Of a stretch of DNA of 64,000 nucleotides, positions 11,851 to 23,574 are shown piece after piece. The stretch is from the NCBI GenBank assembly GCA_965218295.1, contig CBDCKN010000009.1:515091-579090 (forward strand). Direction: 5' to 3'. Both the position numbers and the translations under genes were made by a program. Numbering within the stretch: position 1 is the stretch's first letter; each line of letters starts with the position of its first letter. The stretch is from Longimicrobiales bacterium (GTDB lineage: Bacteria > Gemmatimonadota > Gemmatimonadetes > Longimicrobiales > Gaopeijiaceae). The notes beneath the pieces were generated by a model that had not been told where the DNA came from, did not search any database, and saw only the letters and a list, made by a program, of their open reading frames with translations.

Positions 11851-13309
11851 GAAGCTGTCCCAACCGTAGTTGAAGGTTCCTGATAGGGGAGAAAGAAAAG
11901 TGGTGGCTCCGGGGGTCCCGGGCCGATAGGCTCGGGTAGGCAAAAACCCCAACACGGAGCCACCACGATGAAGAGAACGTACGAGGTAAGGGATCGGGCG
12001 GACAAGCGCGCGATCAGGGAGTTCCTGAAGCGGGAGGGGCAGTTTCTGCTTCCGATGCTTGAGCTCGTGGAGCAGACGGAGGTCGCGATCGACGAAGTCA
12101 TCCAGGTGATGGGACGAGCGACGATCGAAGCGGTGCTGGAGATGAGCGCCGAGGGTGTGGCAGGCGTGAAGCAGGCAGGTCGGTCACGAGCGGAAGACGA
12201 CACGGTGTGGTATGGCCGGCAGGGTGGTGTGGTTTACCTGTCGGACCGGAAGGTGCGTGTGGAGCGGCCACGGCTCAGGCGCCGGGGCGCCGGGGAGGGT
12301 GGCGAGGTCGAGGTGCCGGCGTACGCAGCGATGCGGAGACCGGGCGCCGTGGCGGATCGGATGCTCGAGGTCCTGATGGCGGGGGTGAGCACGCGGAAGT
12401 ACGGCCGTGTGATCGGTGAGATGGCCGACACGGTCGGGGTGAGCAAGTCGGCGGTGAGCCGTGAGACGGTCGAGGCCTCGGAGCGCGTGCTGAAGGAGCT
12501 GATGGAGCGCCGGCTGGATGCGTGGGACCTCCTGGTGATCTACCTGGACGGGATCCAGATGGGCTCGCACCACGTGCTTGCTGCGGTAGGCGTGGACTCA
12601 GACGGAAAGAAGCACGTGCTGGGCGTGAGGGAAGGAGCGAGTGAGAACGCCGAGGTGACCGGGGCGCTCCTAGAGGATCTGGTCGAGCGCGGCCTGGACC
12701 CGGGCAGGCGGCGGCTGTTCGTGATCGATGGCTCGAAAGCGCTCAGGAAGGCGATCGAGAAGGTGTTCGGCCAACGTCACCCCATCCAGCGCTGCCGCAA
12801 CCACAAGCTCCGCAACGTGCTGGGTCATCTGCCGAAGGATCAGCATCCTCAGGTGAAGGCGGCGTTCCGGGCGGCGATGAAGCTGGACGCGAAGCAGGGC
12901 GAGCAGAAGCTCGAGCAGCTCGCCCGATGGCTCGAGCGCGACCACCCCTCGGCCTCGGCCAGCCTACGCGAAGGCCTCAGCGAGATGTTCACGATCAACC
13001 GGCTCGGCCTCCCGCCGCGGGCTGAGGAAGTGCCTGGGCTCGACCAACCTGATCGACAGCACCCACTCGGGCGTAAGACAGAAGACCCGCAGGGTGACCA
13101 ACTGGAAGAACGGAGCGATGGCCTTGCGCTGGGCTGCGGCCTCGTTCGTGGAGACCGAGAAGAGCTACCGGAGGATCATCGGCTACGACCAGCTCTGGAT
13201 GCTCAGGGCCCACCTCGACGACCATGAACCGGTTGCCGAAATGAGGAAAGGCAGGCTAACAAGGAGACTCTCCGGAGCCACCACCTTCAACTGTCAGCGG
13301 GACACCATC
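11851..13309 (+). mobile_element. IS256-family element, copy 2 (complete, 1459 bp)
   Basis: Imperfect 27-bp terminal IRs (GAAGCTGTCCC...AGTTGAAGGT / GATGGTGTCCC...AGTTGAAGGT). 8-bp target duplication ACCGGCCG at 11843-11850 and 13310-13317. Confidence 0.95.
11968..13259 (+). pseudogene. IS256 transposase (Mutator-type DDE) with apparent +1 frameshifts near 13020 and 13247
   Basis: GVSTRK, IYLDG, VIDGSKAL, QRCRNHK. The expected LGSTNLIDS segment continues in another frame after CGGG at 13018-13021. Confidence 0.85.
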
Positions 13310-13899
13310 ACCGGCCGCCTTCGCGGCTCGAGCGGCCACTAGTGTCGCTTCGGCCGCCGTGCGTGATAAGGAGGGCGTAATGCCGGTAAAGTGGAACCAC
13401 TCCGCATCTTCAAAAACAACCGGCCAATCGTAATGGTCCGCGGCCGTTTGGCTGACGGTAGACTCCGCGCGATCGTACACCACCTGGCTCGGCCGCTGGT
13501 TGGCGCCCGTCTCGAGAAAATAGAGACCTACGCGACCGGCGTCTGTACGGACAATGTGTCGGGTATCGATTCCCAGTGCCCGCAGGGAGTCGACACACGC
13601 ATCCGCAATGGCGTTATTCGGAAGCGCCGTAACAAACGCCGCCTGCGCACCGAGTATGGTAAGCGATGCGGCCACATTCGCCTCCGCGCCGCCAAACGTC
13701 ACGTCCAGCGACCCGGGTAACGCCTGCCGAAGACGTAAGAAACCCGGCGCCGCCATCCGCCCCATGACCTCGCCAAAGGTTACGACCCCGGCCATAAGAA
13801 TCTCCCTGAAGACCAGTGTGATACCCTGCGTCATACCGCAGCTGCGATGTCTTTCCGGGACAAAGATATATGGTCTGAAAGGGATCGCCCGAAAGGGTC

Positions 13900-14095
13900 A
13901 CGGTCGCTGGACATCGCCGACGGCGGGTGCGATACTGGCCGGCCATCCGTCCACGACGGAAAGGTCGTGCGGCAGCCCGGACAGAACAACCTGGCCGGTT
14001 CCGCGGTCCCCATGAAGCAGAGCCGGGCGAACCTGATCGAGGGTCTCGGACTGAACGCCGTGGTTGTTAACCAGCTGACAGAACGAACCCCATGA
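13900..14095 (+). pseudogene. nagA: C-terminal fragment of N-acetylglucosamine-6-phosphate deacetylase
   Basis: GKVVRQPGQNNLAGSAVPM resembles the NagA LAGS motif and lies directly upstream of a nagB remnant. Confidence 0.5.
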
Positions 14096-14108
14096 AGGCC
14101 GTGGGGCA

Positions 14109-14575
14109 ATGAACGTCTTCGTATCGCCGAGCAAGGCGGAGCTGGTGCCCGGGCCGCAAAGCAGGGCGCGGTCCTCCTCAACCGCGCCATCGCCTCGAAG
14201 GGTCGTGCCAACATCATCGTAGCCACCGGCACATCCCAGTTCGAGACGTTGCTGGTGCACCCGAAGCAGTTCTTCTTTGTCAACGGCGAAGGAGACGCAG
14301 AGACGGAGTGCGAACGACTGGGAACCATCATCGCCGAACATCCTGTCGACGTGGCATTCGTCGGAATCGGAGAGAACGGTCACCTGGCCTTCAACGATCC
14401 GCCGGCCGATCTGGAGACGGACGACGCCTATATCATGGTGAAGCTTGACGAGGCCTGCCGCAAACAACAGATGGGAGAGGGCTGGTTCCCGACCCTGGAC
14501 GACGTTCCAACCGCGGCAATCAGCATGTCGATCAGGCATATTATGAAGTCGGAGTGCATAATCTGCAGCGTGCCG
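14109..14575 (+). pseudogene. nagB: Glucosamine-6-phosphate deaminase remnant (frameshift, internal deletion, truncated)
   Basis: [11 protein letters not shown] and [16 protein letters not shown] are present. The intervening FHLDEY segment is absent, and similarity stops after IICSVP. Confidence 0.75.
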
Positions 14576-14640
14576 GTTGGAACAGGCGTCGAAACGAGTC
14601 GGCTAGCACGGCGCAACGGACTGAACCTGGAGCGGCAGGC

Positions 14641-15460
14641 ATGAGTGAGAACCTCTTTGACATTCAAGGCAACGTGGTGGTGGTGACGGGTGCGACGGGT
14701 GTTCTGGCGGGCGGCACGGCCAGCTACCTGCAGCGTCAGGGCGCCACCGTCGCCTACCTGGGCCGCAATCCGGAGCGGCTCGAGGCGACGTTGCAGGAAG
14801 CCGTGCGGATCTCGGACCGTTGCTGTGGCATCACCTGCGATGTGCTGTATCAGGACGCGGTCGACGCCGCATATGGCGAGGTGATGGACCGGTACGGCCG
14901 CGTGGATGCGTTGATCAACGGTGCCGGAGGGAACATGCCGGGGGCCACGGTGGATCCGGAGCAGGACGTGTTCGACATTGAGATGGAGGAATACGCAAAG
15001 GTGCTCGACCTTAATCTCAAAGGGTCGGTCCTGCCGACGATGGCATTCGCAAAGGCGTTCAAGGCGCAACGGACCGGCTGTGTTGTGAACTTCTCGTCCA
15101 TGTCCTCCCCTCTGGCAGTGACCCGCGTCCTCGGGTATTCAAACGCAAAGGCGGCCATCGACAACTTCACCCGCTGGATGGCCACGGAAATGGCGCTCAA
15201 GTACGGGTACCACGTGCGCGTGAACGCTATCGCGCCCGGCTTCTTCGTGAGCGAGCAGAACCGCAGCCTGCTGATCAACGAAGACGGCTCCTATACGACG
15301 CGCGGGCAGCAGGTGATCGACAACACGCCGTTCCGTCGCTTCGGGAAACCAGGATGAGGTGTATGGCACCATCCACTACCTCATCTCGGACGCGGCCTCG
15401 TTCGTAACCGGGGTCGTCCTGCCGGTCGACGGCGGGTTTTCGGCGTTCAGCGGCGTGTAG
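14641..15460 (+). CDS. uxuB: SDR-family D-mannonate oxidoreductase (fructuronate reductase); frameshift near 15350
   Basis: [32 protein letters not shown]. The C-terminus (DEVYG...[12 protein letters not shown]) is in another frame. Ends 2 nt before uxuA. Confidence 0.8.
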
Positions 15461-15462
15461 CC

Positions 15463-16659
15463 ATGTACATGGAAGAAACATTCCGCTGGTATGGCCCGGG
15501 CGACCCCGTGAGCCTCCGGGATGTCAGGCAATGTGGATGCGAGGGCGTTTTCACCGCGTTGCACCATGTGCCGTACGGCCACGTCTGGCCGCTGGAGGAC
15601 ATCCGGCGGCGCAAAGCCGAGTTGGCGGAGTACGGACTCCGCTGGAGCGCGGCCGAGTCCGTGCCCGTGTCGGAAGACATCCGGACCCGCAGCGGCGAAT
15701 TCAGACAGCACGTCGACGCCTACCGGCAGACGGTACAGAACCTGGGTGCGGAAGCTGTTGAGGTCGTCATCTACAACTTCATGCCGGTGCTCGACTGGGT
15801 CCGGACGGATCTCAAGCGGGTGCTGGCCGACGGAAGCGAGTGCCTTCATTTCGACCCGGCGCGTTTCGCCGCCTTCGACATCTTGCTGCTGAAGCGCGAA
15901 GGTGCCGAGGACGACTACACCCCGGAGCAACTCGAGCGGGCCGAGGCCTTTTTCCGCACCCTTGACGCCGCCGCGAGAGAGCAGTTCGAGCGTTCGATCA
16001 TCAACGTATTCCCGGGAGTCGACTTCGGCTTCACCCTCCAGGACGTGCGGGACATGCTCGCACGCTACGAGGGGGTCGGGCGCGAGGAGCTGGCGGGCAA
16101 TCTCCGGCACTTCCTGGAAGACGTAATTCCGGCCTGCGAGGAGGCCGGGGTGCGCATGGCCGTCCATCCGGACGACCCCCCGTACTCCATCCTCGGTCTT
16201 CCTCGCATCCTTTCCTGCGAGGCCGATGTCGAGGCGCTCCTGACCATGGTCGAGTCGCCCGCCAACGGCTTGTGTTTCTGCACAGGATCCTTGGGCGTGC
16301 GCCCCGACAACGACCTGCCCGGCATGATCCGCCGCCACGGAGACCGCATCCATGCCGTGCATCTGCGCAGCACGGAACGGAGCCCGGATGGCAGCTTCCA
16401 CGAGGCGAATCACCTGGAAGGAACGGTGGACATGTACGAGGTGGTCAGGGCACTCCTGGAGGAGCAGATGGGGCGCAAAGCGGCGGGGAGCAGGGACTGG
16501 CGACTCTCCTTCCGACCCGACCACGGCCACACCATGCTCGACGATCTGGACAAGCCCGACGCCCCCAATCCGGGGTATTCCTGCATCGGTCGCATGCGCG
16601 GCCTGGCCGAGTTACGCGGGCTCGAACTGGGAATCGCGCGGAGCCTGGGGCTGTCATGA
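15463..16659 (+). CDS. uxuA: Mannonate dehydratase
   Basis: TFRWYGPGDPV, YNFMPVLDWVRT, HPDDPP, CFCTGSLG, RPDHGH, NPGYSCIGR. Confidence 0.97.
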   Translation: MYMEETFRWYGPGDPVSLRDVRQCGCEGVFTALHHVPYGHVWPLEDIRRRKAELAEYGLRWSAAESVPVSEDIRTRSGEFRQHVDAYRQTVQNLGAEAVEVVIYNFMPVLDWVRTDLKRVLADGSECLHFDPARFAAFDILLLKREGAEDDYTPEQLERAEAFFRTLDAAAREQFERSIINVFPGVDFGFTLQDVRDMLARYEGVGREELAGNLRHFLEDVIPACEEAGVRMAVHPDDPPYSILGLPRILSCEADVEALLTMVESPANGLCFCTGSLGVRPDNDLPGMIRRHGDRIHAVHLRSTERSPDGSFHEANHLEGTVDMYEVVRALLEEQMGRKAAGSRDWRLSFRPDHGHTMLDDLDKPDAPNPGYSCIGRMRGLAELRGLELGIARSLGLS

Positions 16660-16685
16660 GGAAGATCGCGGCGAAGCCGCAGGTT

Positions 16686-17354
16686 CTACCCCCCGGCGTC
16701 GCGTTGCTCGTCGACGATCGCCCGGGCGCGGGCTGCGTTGATCCTGATGGCATCCCAGTCCTCCCGCTGGATCACGTCGCGAGGCGCAATCCATGACCCT
16801 CCGACCGCCAGAACGAGTGAGCTTGACAGATACGCGCGCACGTGGTCTGGCTTGATGCCCCCCAACGGAACAAAACGAACGCCCAGGTGCGCGTACGGCG
16901 CGGCCATGCTCTTCAGGTAGGACATCCCTCCAGTCGACTCGGCCGGGAAGAACTTGACCTCGCGGCAACCCAATTCCAGAGCCGCCTCCAGGTCGGACGC
17001 CGTGGCAACACCCGGGGCAAATGGCAACCCGACCTTCCGGGCGGCCCGCACTACACGCGGGCTCAGACCTGGCGCGACGCCGAACGCGGCACCGGCGATT
17101 GCTGCCTCACCCGCCTGTTCCGGCGTCAGCACGGTTCCCACCGCGGACACCATGCCTGGCACTTCAGCCCGAATAGCGCGTAGCGCATCCAGCGCCACGG
17201 GTGTCCGCAATGTCAACTCCATGACATCGATACCGCCGTCCATCAACGCTGTTGCCAGGGGCACGGCATGAGCCAATTCGTCCACGACGAGCACCGCAAC
17301 AACTCCGCACCGCTCGATTCTCTCCAGCAGCTCAGCGGGGATTCGTGATTGCAC
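16686..17354 (-). CDS. eda: KHG/KDPG aldolase
   Basis: ELTLRT, GTVL, PGVATASD, VKFFPA, PLGGI, VGGSW. Start taken at GTG 17354; the ORF extends to 17402. Confidence 0.92.
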   Translation of the reverse strand: MQSRIPAELLERIERCGVVAVLVVDELAHAVPLATALMDGGIDVMELTLRTPVALDALRAIRAEVPGMVSAVGTVLTPEQAGEAAIAGAAFGVAPGLSPRVVRAARKVGLPFAPGVATASDLEAALELGCREVKFFPAESTGGMSYLKSMAAPYAHLGVRFVPLGGIKPDHVRAYLSSSLVLAVGGSWIAPRDVIQREDWDAIRINAARARAIVDEQRDAGG

Positions 17355-17750
17355 TAGAAACGCCTCACTTGACCCCGTCTTGACGATACGAGGGATGCTC
17401 ATATTACGCGCCGTTCGAGATACGGCCAGCGTTGGATGGGGAAGGGATAGGACGGATAGGCATTCTCAAAGACGCTTTCCGAGTGCGGCACCCTCTTGAG
17501 CGAGGCGGGACCCTCCCCTTGCAGAACTGACCTCAGGCTAAGGTGAACGCTCGCCGTCCGGTCATGCAAGGACGAGACGAGCGCATGCGTGGATGGGCAG
17601 CGGTGGATGGAGCGGGGTGGACCCTCAAACCAGAGGTTTGTCACCGCTAGCGTCACCGCAGGACAATCGGTAGTCTAATCACAGAGGCCACTTAGGACCG
17701 TAAAGCCTTGCAGGGCTTAGTCTTGCATTAATCGAATGGAGGATCGGACC

Positions 17751-18539
17751 ATGAGACTCCCCTACTCCCTCAGGGCGGCAGGGGCCAGGCTGGTGCGCCA
17801 CATGCCGGTCCGAATCAGGTCCGGCCCGAACCAAGGTCTCAAATGGAGCCTCGCCAGCTCGGGCCGGGGCTACGGCTCAGGCCGGTTCGAAGCCGGCCGG
17901 ATCCAGGCACTCCACGCCCTCGTGAGTCCGGGAGACCGGGTTTGGGATATCGGCGCTCACAAGGGCTACGTGGCGATGGCGCTGGCTCGGCGAGTCGGTC
18001 CCACCGGATCGGTTGTGGCCTTCGAGCCCTCCGGTACGAATCTCTGGTTCCTCCGAACGCACATCGACTGGAACGTGCTCACCAACGTCCGGATTCTCCC
18101 GGTAGCCGTGAGTGACCGGGATGGCCACGATCAGTTCGGAGGGCGGGGCTCGTCCATCACCTTTCGCCTGGGCCAGGGGAGTGAGCGCGTGCGCGTGGCC
18201 ACGCTGCAGAGTCTGAAGGTCGAGGAGGGTCTGTCGACACCGAACATCATGAAGATCGACGTAGAGGGAAATGAGGCCGCGGTGCTGCGAGGCGCCGGTG
18301 ACCTACTTTCAGAAAAGACGCTGCTGTTCATCTCGATCCACGGACCTTCCTGCTACGACGAGTGTCATGCCGTGCTATCGGAGCGTGGATACCGGCTCTA
18401 CGAATCGACCGCTTTGGCAGAGCACCTGGCGAACCCGTCACTCCATTGGGGTGCCGACCATGAGCTCCTGGCCGTGGGGCCGAAGCACACCGCAGCAGAG
18501 GAGGTCATCGAGAGCCTCCCGTGCTTCGCCGCACCCTAG
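17751..18539 (+). CDS. FkbM-family methyltransferase
   Basis: WDIGAHKG, AFEPS, KIDVEGNE. GGAGG RBS upstream of ATG 17751. Confidence 0.85.
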   Translation: MRLPYSLRAAGARLVRHMPVRIRSGPNQGLKWSLASSGRGYGSGRFEAGRIQALHALVSPGDRVWDIGAHKGYVAMALARRVGPTGSVVAFEPSGTNLWFLRTHIDWNVLTNVRILPVAVSDRDGHDQFGGRGSSITFRLGQGSERVRVATLQSLKVEEGLSTPNIMKIDVEGNEAAVLRGAGDLLSEKTLLFISIHGPSCYDECHAVLSERGYRLYESTALAEHLANPSLHWGADHELLAVGPKHTAAEEVIESLPCFAAP

Positions 18540-18621
18540 AGGGCGGCGCCCCACTGCGGGCTTCCAGACCTCCTGAGTGACACGTAGCCTTGCGCACGTG
18601 AGGCCAGGAGGTGGCGCGCTG

Positions 18622-19292
18622 TCAGAGGATCTCTAACGGCTCGAAGGTCTGGAGCCCCTCCTGGTACCACTGCTCACGGAACGGATACGTGTTCACGTCG
18701 TCGATCGTGAGGCCCGCCGTCATCGGATGCTCGTACAGCGTGAGCGAGCCGCGCTCCTCTTCGTGCTCGGAGTGCGGGGCTTCCATGTAGATGTTGGCCT
18801 TGAACCGCTTGTCGCCCTCGACCGTGAACGCGTTGTAGAGGTTCTTCGACGGCTCGTACGAGTGCTGGGTCACGAGGAGGTCCAGAACCGGATCGGCACC
18901 GTCGAGCACGTTGACCTCCATGCCCTCGTCGCTCTCCGTGAACCTGATCTCCAGGTCCCTCATGTAGTGAGGGAGGTGCCAGCGCTCCATGGCGTGCAGC
19001 CGCGACGCTTCGGTGGAGGTGCCGACCACGAACGGTAGAACGCTGCCTTGGGGAGCGGTTTCCCCGGCTCGACCATCGGAGGGACGATCACCGCAAGGAC
19101 GATCTCTTCGTACTCACCCACCTCGCTCTCGTGGAACTGGAACGCAGTCAGCGCGAGGATGCTGCGCTCGTGCTGCATCTCGAGCGGCTCCAGGTGCGGA
19201 GGGAGCAGCTTGCGCGCATCCGTGGTTGCCGTTTCGAAGAACGCCCCGACGCAGCGCCGGAAGCCGTAGTAGGTGTAGCCCATGTCGCTCAT
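18622..19292 (-). CDS. Acetoacetate decarboxylase-like protein; frameshift near 19032
   Basis: ARKLLPPHLEP...FHESEVGEYEEIVL (ORF 18960..19376) continues as VGTSTEASRLHAMERWHLPH (ORF 18622..19029). Confidence 0.6.
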
Positions 19293-19588
19293 GTATTTGC
19301 TCGCCTTTGATCGGCAAGGCGAAAGCCCTCGCACCGGTCGGGACAACGTGAGGGGCAGGACCCAACTGGTCAACAAGCGGTCTCACGCGAGTGTTCGCGG
19401 GGTCGGCGGACCGCCCTCCTATAGGTGCGGGCATCGGGACCGGAGCGCTATCGATACGAACTGATCCCCTGATGTCGGCCTCGCGACCCGGCTCGAGCGG
19501 AGCGGGTGCGGATCCCCGTCCGTCGAGCCAGGCCGCGTCGTCGAGGCCACATCCTGCGCGCGACCCACTCTACTCCTTCAACAGGACT

Positions 19589-20734
19589 CTAGCGCGCGAC
19601 GAACTCCACCCGGGCGAACACTCCCACGTGGTCGGAGGGCCTCAGGCCGGTCACGGTCTCGTCCGCCTCCAGGTCTCCTGTGATGGCGAAGTTGACGACG
19701 TTGGCCCTCAGGTCCCGCGTCCCACGTGCCATCACGTAGTCGATCCGCTCGAAGAGCCCGCTGGTCCGAAGATCAGGGTGGAAGCAGCACGTATATCCGG
19801 GGAGGAACCCGCGCGCCATGGAGCTCGTCTGGGCGTCTTCGAAGTCCGCGTTCAGCAAGATCGGATACGTCGCGGTGGTGGCCGCGTCCGGAAGCGCATT
19901 CAAGTCCCCGATGAGAAGCGTGGGGACCTGGAGGCTCGAGAGCATCCCGATCAGCTCGGCGGCCTGCGACTCCTGAGTGGTCGGACCCGTCTCGTCGGTC
20001 TCGAGGTGTGTGTTCACGATATGGAACGGCTGATCCTCCATCATCAGATCGACCCGGTTCCAGCCGCGCCGGATGGTTATCGGCAACGCCCCGCCCACCG
20101 GAATGGTGACGTTCAGCGCGAAGTTGCGCGAGCTCTCGCCGGTGATCTGGATTCCGTCGCGCACCAGGATCACATCGTGGTCCGTCCAGCGAAGGTCCAT
20201 CAGGCCCGACGTCGTGACCGCGGGAAGCTCGATATCCGCGTTCTCCACCACCGATGCGATCGTGTAGTCCAGACCACGCGCCTTCAAGGCATCCAGCAGG
20301 AGCAGCAGGTAGTCGTACTCGACCACCGTCGCCGCCTGCCGGTTCCCCTCCAGGAAGTCGCCTGGATTCTGGACCCGGAACGTCGCGACCTCCTGTAGTC
20401 CGATCACATCGGGACGGGTGCTCTGGATCTCGCGCGCGAGCGCGTCCGCTCGTGCGCGAAAGTCGTTCAAGACGATCCTGTTCCAGGCTTGACCTACGAG
20501 CTCCGGAATCTGCTGCGGCGAGCCGGCGGCCATGATGGGGTCGAGGTCGGCGCCCAGGTAGATATTTCGCGACATGACCGTGATGGCGCGGGTGGGTGGA
20601 GTGACCTGCTCCTGCTCAGAGGCCCCTTCCTCCGCCGGCAGGAAGTCTTCCTCGACATCCGTCGGATTGCGATCGCACGCGGTCGCGGCGATCGCCAAAG
20701 AGGCGACGGTCAGTACGGAGAGTAGACACTTCAT
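19589..20734 (-). CDS. Endonuclease/exonuclease/phosphatase-family lipoprotein
   Basis: Lipobox-like ATAC; MSRNIYLG, GLQE, NTHLE, GDLN, RIDY, PSDH. Confidence 0.9.
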   Translation of the reverse strand: MKCLLSVLTVASLAIAATACDRNPTDVEEDFLPAEEGASEQEQVTPPTRAITVMSRNIYLGADLDPIMAAGSPQQIPELVGQAWNRIVLNDFRARADALAREIQSTRPDVIGLQEVATFRVQNPGDFLEGNRQAATVVEYDYLLLLLDALKARGLDYTIASVVENADIELPAVTTSGLMDLRWTDHDVILVRDGIQITGESSRNFALNVTIPVGGALPITIRRGWNRVDLMMEDQPFHIVNTHLETDETGPTTQESQAAELIGMLSSLQVPTLLIGDLNALPDAATTATYPILLNADFEDAQTSSMARGFLPGYTCCFHPDLRTSGLFERIDYVMARGTRDLRANVVNFAITGDLEADETVTGLRPSDHVGVFARVEFVAR

Positions 20735-20925
20735 GGTGTCCTCCTTGCTCGTTGACGAAGGCGGTGTTTCCGCTCTCCAAAGAGGATGCCATGAGGCGTG
20801 GTCGAGCTGGATACGACATAGTACGTAGTCGCGCGCAGAGATGACGTAGGCGTTCCGGGCGGAAGTGGGATGGCTGGAAGGCGGTTTGCCCGGATGTAGA
20901 GCTTTCGGCGGAACAGGACCGGTAC

Positions 20926-23557
20926 ATGCGTCTGGTTAGGCTCATCGGGATTCTGGGAACGGTGTTGGCGGCCCTCGCATCGCCATCGGTCCTTCTCGCT
21001 CAAAGCTCTCCCAAGAGCGCCTACGCCACCCGCGTAGGGGGCCGAGCCCCGTCGGTCGACGGCGTGCTGGACGATCCGGCATGGAGTGCCGTCGCCCCGA
21101 TTCGTGATTTCTCCCAGAAGGTGCCCCTTGAGGGTGCGGAACCGTCAGTTGCCACCGAGGTCCGGCTGGTCTACAACGGCGATGCCCTCTACGTCGGTGC
21201 CCGCATGCATCACCCCGATCCTGCGAGCATCCGCACCACGCTGACGCGCCGCGACGGGAGCAGCGACGCGGAGCGGCTCGTCATCTCCCTCGACACGTAT
21301 CTCGACAGGCGAACCGCCTACAGCTTCGGCGTATCGGCAGCGGGCGTACGCTTCGACACGTTCCACCCGGAAGACAGGGACACTGGCGAGTCACAGTTTG
21401 ACCCGGTGTGGACGGCGCGCGTGCGCATCGACCATCAGGGGTGGACCGCGGAAATGCGCATCCCGTTCACCCAGTTGCGGTTCAACGCGGCCGACCCGCA
21501 GGTGTGGGGACTCGAGATCGCCCGGTTCATTCCAGAGCGGAACGAAGAGATCCAATGGGTTCTGATCCCCCGCGAGGCGGCGGGCTACGCGTCGAACTTC
21601 GGCACCCTGAACGGGATCGAGGGCATCCGGCCCTCACGCAGGATCGAGATTCTGCCGTATGCCGCCGGCGATCTGACGCTCCGGTCCGACATCGATCCCG
21701 ATGATCCGTTCGACCAGAAGACGCGGGGACGCGCGGGGGCGGACCTGAAGATGGGTCTGGGCCCCAACCTCACGCTTGACGTCACCGGGAATCCCGACTT
21801 TGGGCAGGTCGAAGCGGACCCCGCCGAGGTGAACCTGACGGCGTTCGAGACCTTTTTCCCCGAGCGCCGGCCGTTCTTCATCGAGGGGAGCGGGATGCTC
21901 GACGGCCAGCAGGGCTACATCACACTGCCGAAGTGGTACTACTCCCGTCGCATCGGCGCGCCACCGGGGGGGAGTGCCGACGGGGACTTCGGTAAAACGA
22001 CCGGCCAGCACGACCATCGCGTCGGCCGCCAAGATCACCGGACGTCTCGCTTCGGGCCTGTCAGTGGGGGCGCTCGCGGCGGTCACACCGCGCGAGTACG
22101 CGCGGACCTACGAGGTGGCCTCGGGCCTGACGACGGAGGTGCCGGTGGAGCCGGCGTCGACCTATGGAGTGGTCCGACTCCAGCGGGAGGTCGGCCGCCA
22201 GCAGTCGGCGATCGGAGTGGTGCTGACCGGTACCAGGCGATTCCTCGATGACGGTGATCCAATGTCGGACCTGATGAGCCGGGCAGCATACACCGCTGGG
22301 ATTGACTGGAAGGCCCGGCTCAAGGACGGGATGTACGAGTTGACCGGCTTCGTCGGTGGGAGCAGGGTCGAGGGCGACTCCCTCGCCATGCAGCGGCTCC
22401 AGCGCTCGTCGGCCCGCTACTTCCAGCGACCTGACCAGACCTACGTCACCTACGACCCTCACCAGACGTCGTTGAGTGGCTACAGTGCTGGCGTCCGGGC
22501 CGACAAGAACGCCGGAAGGTGGACATTGTGGGGCATCGGGCTGATCACTCGGTCACCGGGCTTCGAGATCAACGACCTGGGGCAGATGCGGTCGTCGGAC
22601 GACATCGATTTCCACGCCGACTACCAGCTGCGCGACACTCAGCCTGGGAAGATCTTCCGCTTCTGGCAGTTCGGTCACGACACGCAGTCGAGCTGGTCGT
22701 ACGGCGGCGTGCGGCGGAACTCGAGCCTGAACCAGAGGCTCACGCTCGACTTCCATAACTTCTGGAACTTCAGGTACTCCACGTCCCGCACGTTCCGGGG
22801 CATGAGCGACAAGTTGACGCGCGGCGGGCCGCTCATGGGCACGCCAAGCGGTTGGCAATACCAGGCCAGGCTCACGGGAAACCCCGGCGCGCGCATCGCG
22901 TGGAACACACAATTCACTTACTTCCACGACGAGCTCGACGGGTGGCGGCGCCAGCTGAATGGCGGCCTCCAGTTCCGGCTTGCGCCCCGGTGGCAGGCGT
23001 CCGTCAACCTGGCCTACTCGCGGTCGCTGGACCCACGGCAGTACGTCACGACGCGGGACGACGGTTCCGCCGTCACGTATGGAGACCGGTACATCTTCTC
23101 CCACATCGAACGCTCGCAGCTGTCCACGCCCATCCGGCTCAACTATGCCCTCAGTCCTGATCTCACGATCGAGATCTACGCGGAGCCCTTCGCCGCGAGC
23201 GGCCGGTACTCGGACTTGGGCGAGCTTCCCGCCCCCGAGGCCCGGGACCTGCGCACGTACGGTACCGACGGAACGACCATTACCCGACAGGCTGACGGGT
23301 CCAACCTGGTCACCGACGGAGCGACGAGCTTCACCATTGGCAACCTCGACTTCAACCGGCTGTTCCTGCGCTCGAACGTGGTGATCCGGTGGGAATGGGC
23401 ACCGGGCAGCACGCTATACGTGATCTGGCAGCAGAACCGGACTGCGTTCACGAGCACCGGCGAGCTCATTGGGGTCGGCTCCCTCGGCGACGCTATCACC
23501 GCGCCGGGAGACAACTTCCTGGCGCTGAAGGCGAGCTACTGGATCGGGCTCAGGTAG
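20926..23557 (+). CDS. CBM9-like + DUF5916 domain protein; frameshift near 21995 (AAAA run)
   Basis: Signal peptide; VDGVLDDPAW, GWTAEMRIPF, NPDFGQVEADP, FETFFPERRPFF, YSRRIG. Second frame ends LKASYW. Confidence 0.85.
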
Positions 23558-23574
23558 GGGGGGAGCGAGGCATC

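Larger units (their letters stand above)
11237..13795 (-). pseudogene. kdgK: 2-keto-3-deoxygluconate kinase (PfkB family) split by IS256
   Basis: N-half 13795-13310 (VTFGEVM, GGAEANVA, HFTGITP) joins in frame with the C-half 11850-11237 (SCDLNFR, NEED, DRVGSGDAF) once the IS and one 8-bp duplication are removed. Confidence 0.92.

Noticed and set aside
20776..20791. Sigma54-like TGGCATCCTCTTTGGA upstream of the EEP lipoprotein
   Set aside because: The conserved -12 GC is replaced by GG, so support is too weak.
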